The position numbers were made by a program, and so were the translations under genes. From the NCBI RefSeq assembly GCF_963921235.1, contig NC_086109.1, positions 12,152,001 to 12,216,000 on the forward strand: a stretch of 64,000 nucleotides of DNA, in the 5' to 3' direction. This document shows positions 63,690-64,000 of this stretch, in pieces. Source of the stretch: Mobula hypostoma. Lineage: Eukaryota. Position 1 is the stretch's first letter; each line of letters begins with the position of its first letter. The notes under the pieces were generated by a model. It saw only the letters and a list, made by a program, of their open reading frames with translations, did not search any database and was not told the origin of the DNA.

Positions 63690-63944
63690 TTATTCTGAAT
63701 CCTGGGGAGTGCCAGGAGAGAAAGCTTTCTGTCTGGGCTTTGCAGGTTGGCTTTGAAATTTGATATCTGCATAGGTGGTGTTGTCCTCATCCATAACAGA
63801 GTGTCCTGCTCGTGACTTCCTTTTAAATTTCATGCTTGCATACACAGTTTCATTTTCATTGTTAGCTGATTGGGCAGCTGCCTCATTGTTTCGAACATGG
63901 TGTAGATCTGCATAAACGATGTTTTCTCCCAACGTGGCCGTTTC
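63690..63944 (-). CDS. Terminal ITIM/ITSM exon of a convergent inhibitory paralog (rest lies beyond the window)
   Basis: Acceptor TTTATCATTTCAG; ETATLGENIVYADL...TVYASM...TTYADI...QKAFSPGTPQDSE*; ~94.5% identical to 45206..45460. Confidence 0.88.
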   Translation of the reverse strand, partial: ETATLGENIVYADLHHVRNNEAAAQSANNENETVYASMKFKRKSRAGHSVMDEDNTTYADIKFQSQPAKPRQKAFSPGTPQDSE

Positions 63945-64000
63945 CTGAAATGATAAAGAAATTCCATTATCTATTTTATTTCTGATGAATGTGGAAGGTG

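Overview
Repeat-rich vertebrate genomic DNA, most likely from a cartilaginous fish. That assignment is inferred from the repeat repertoire (CR1, L1, Rex1/Babar, Penelope, V-SINE) and the receptor type. Most ORF-track entries are transposon fragments or noise. The host-gene content is a cluster of CD300/pIgR-like Ig-superfamily receptors resembling the skate MDIR family. (1) A complete 7-exon inhibitory-type gene lies on + (29709..45421; leader, V, C2, stalk, neutral TM, ITIM/ITSM tail; about 366 aa, assembled by hand from GT-AG sites with consistent phases). (2) An Arg/Lys-containing activating-type TM exon lies upstream (14493..14583), with a candidate short tail exon. (3) An orphan leader exon (24666..24705) sits in a duplicated unit from which the V exon has been deleted. 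(4) The last exon of an inverted, convergent inhibitory paralog is at the right edge (63690..63944, -). The first 10.5 kb is a multi-layer transposon nest: L1 > solo-LTR-like element > sushi-type chromovirus Gypsy > Penelope tail. Other notable elements are Penelope tails with minimal hammerhead ribozyme motifs, a self-priming-type PBS, a Chapaev3-like DNA transposon relic, tandem R4/Dong-like 3' ends and several solo LTRs. Exon coordinates were checked base by base; boundaries of degraded repeats are approximate.
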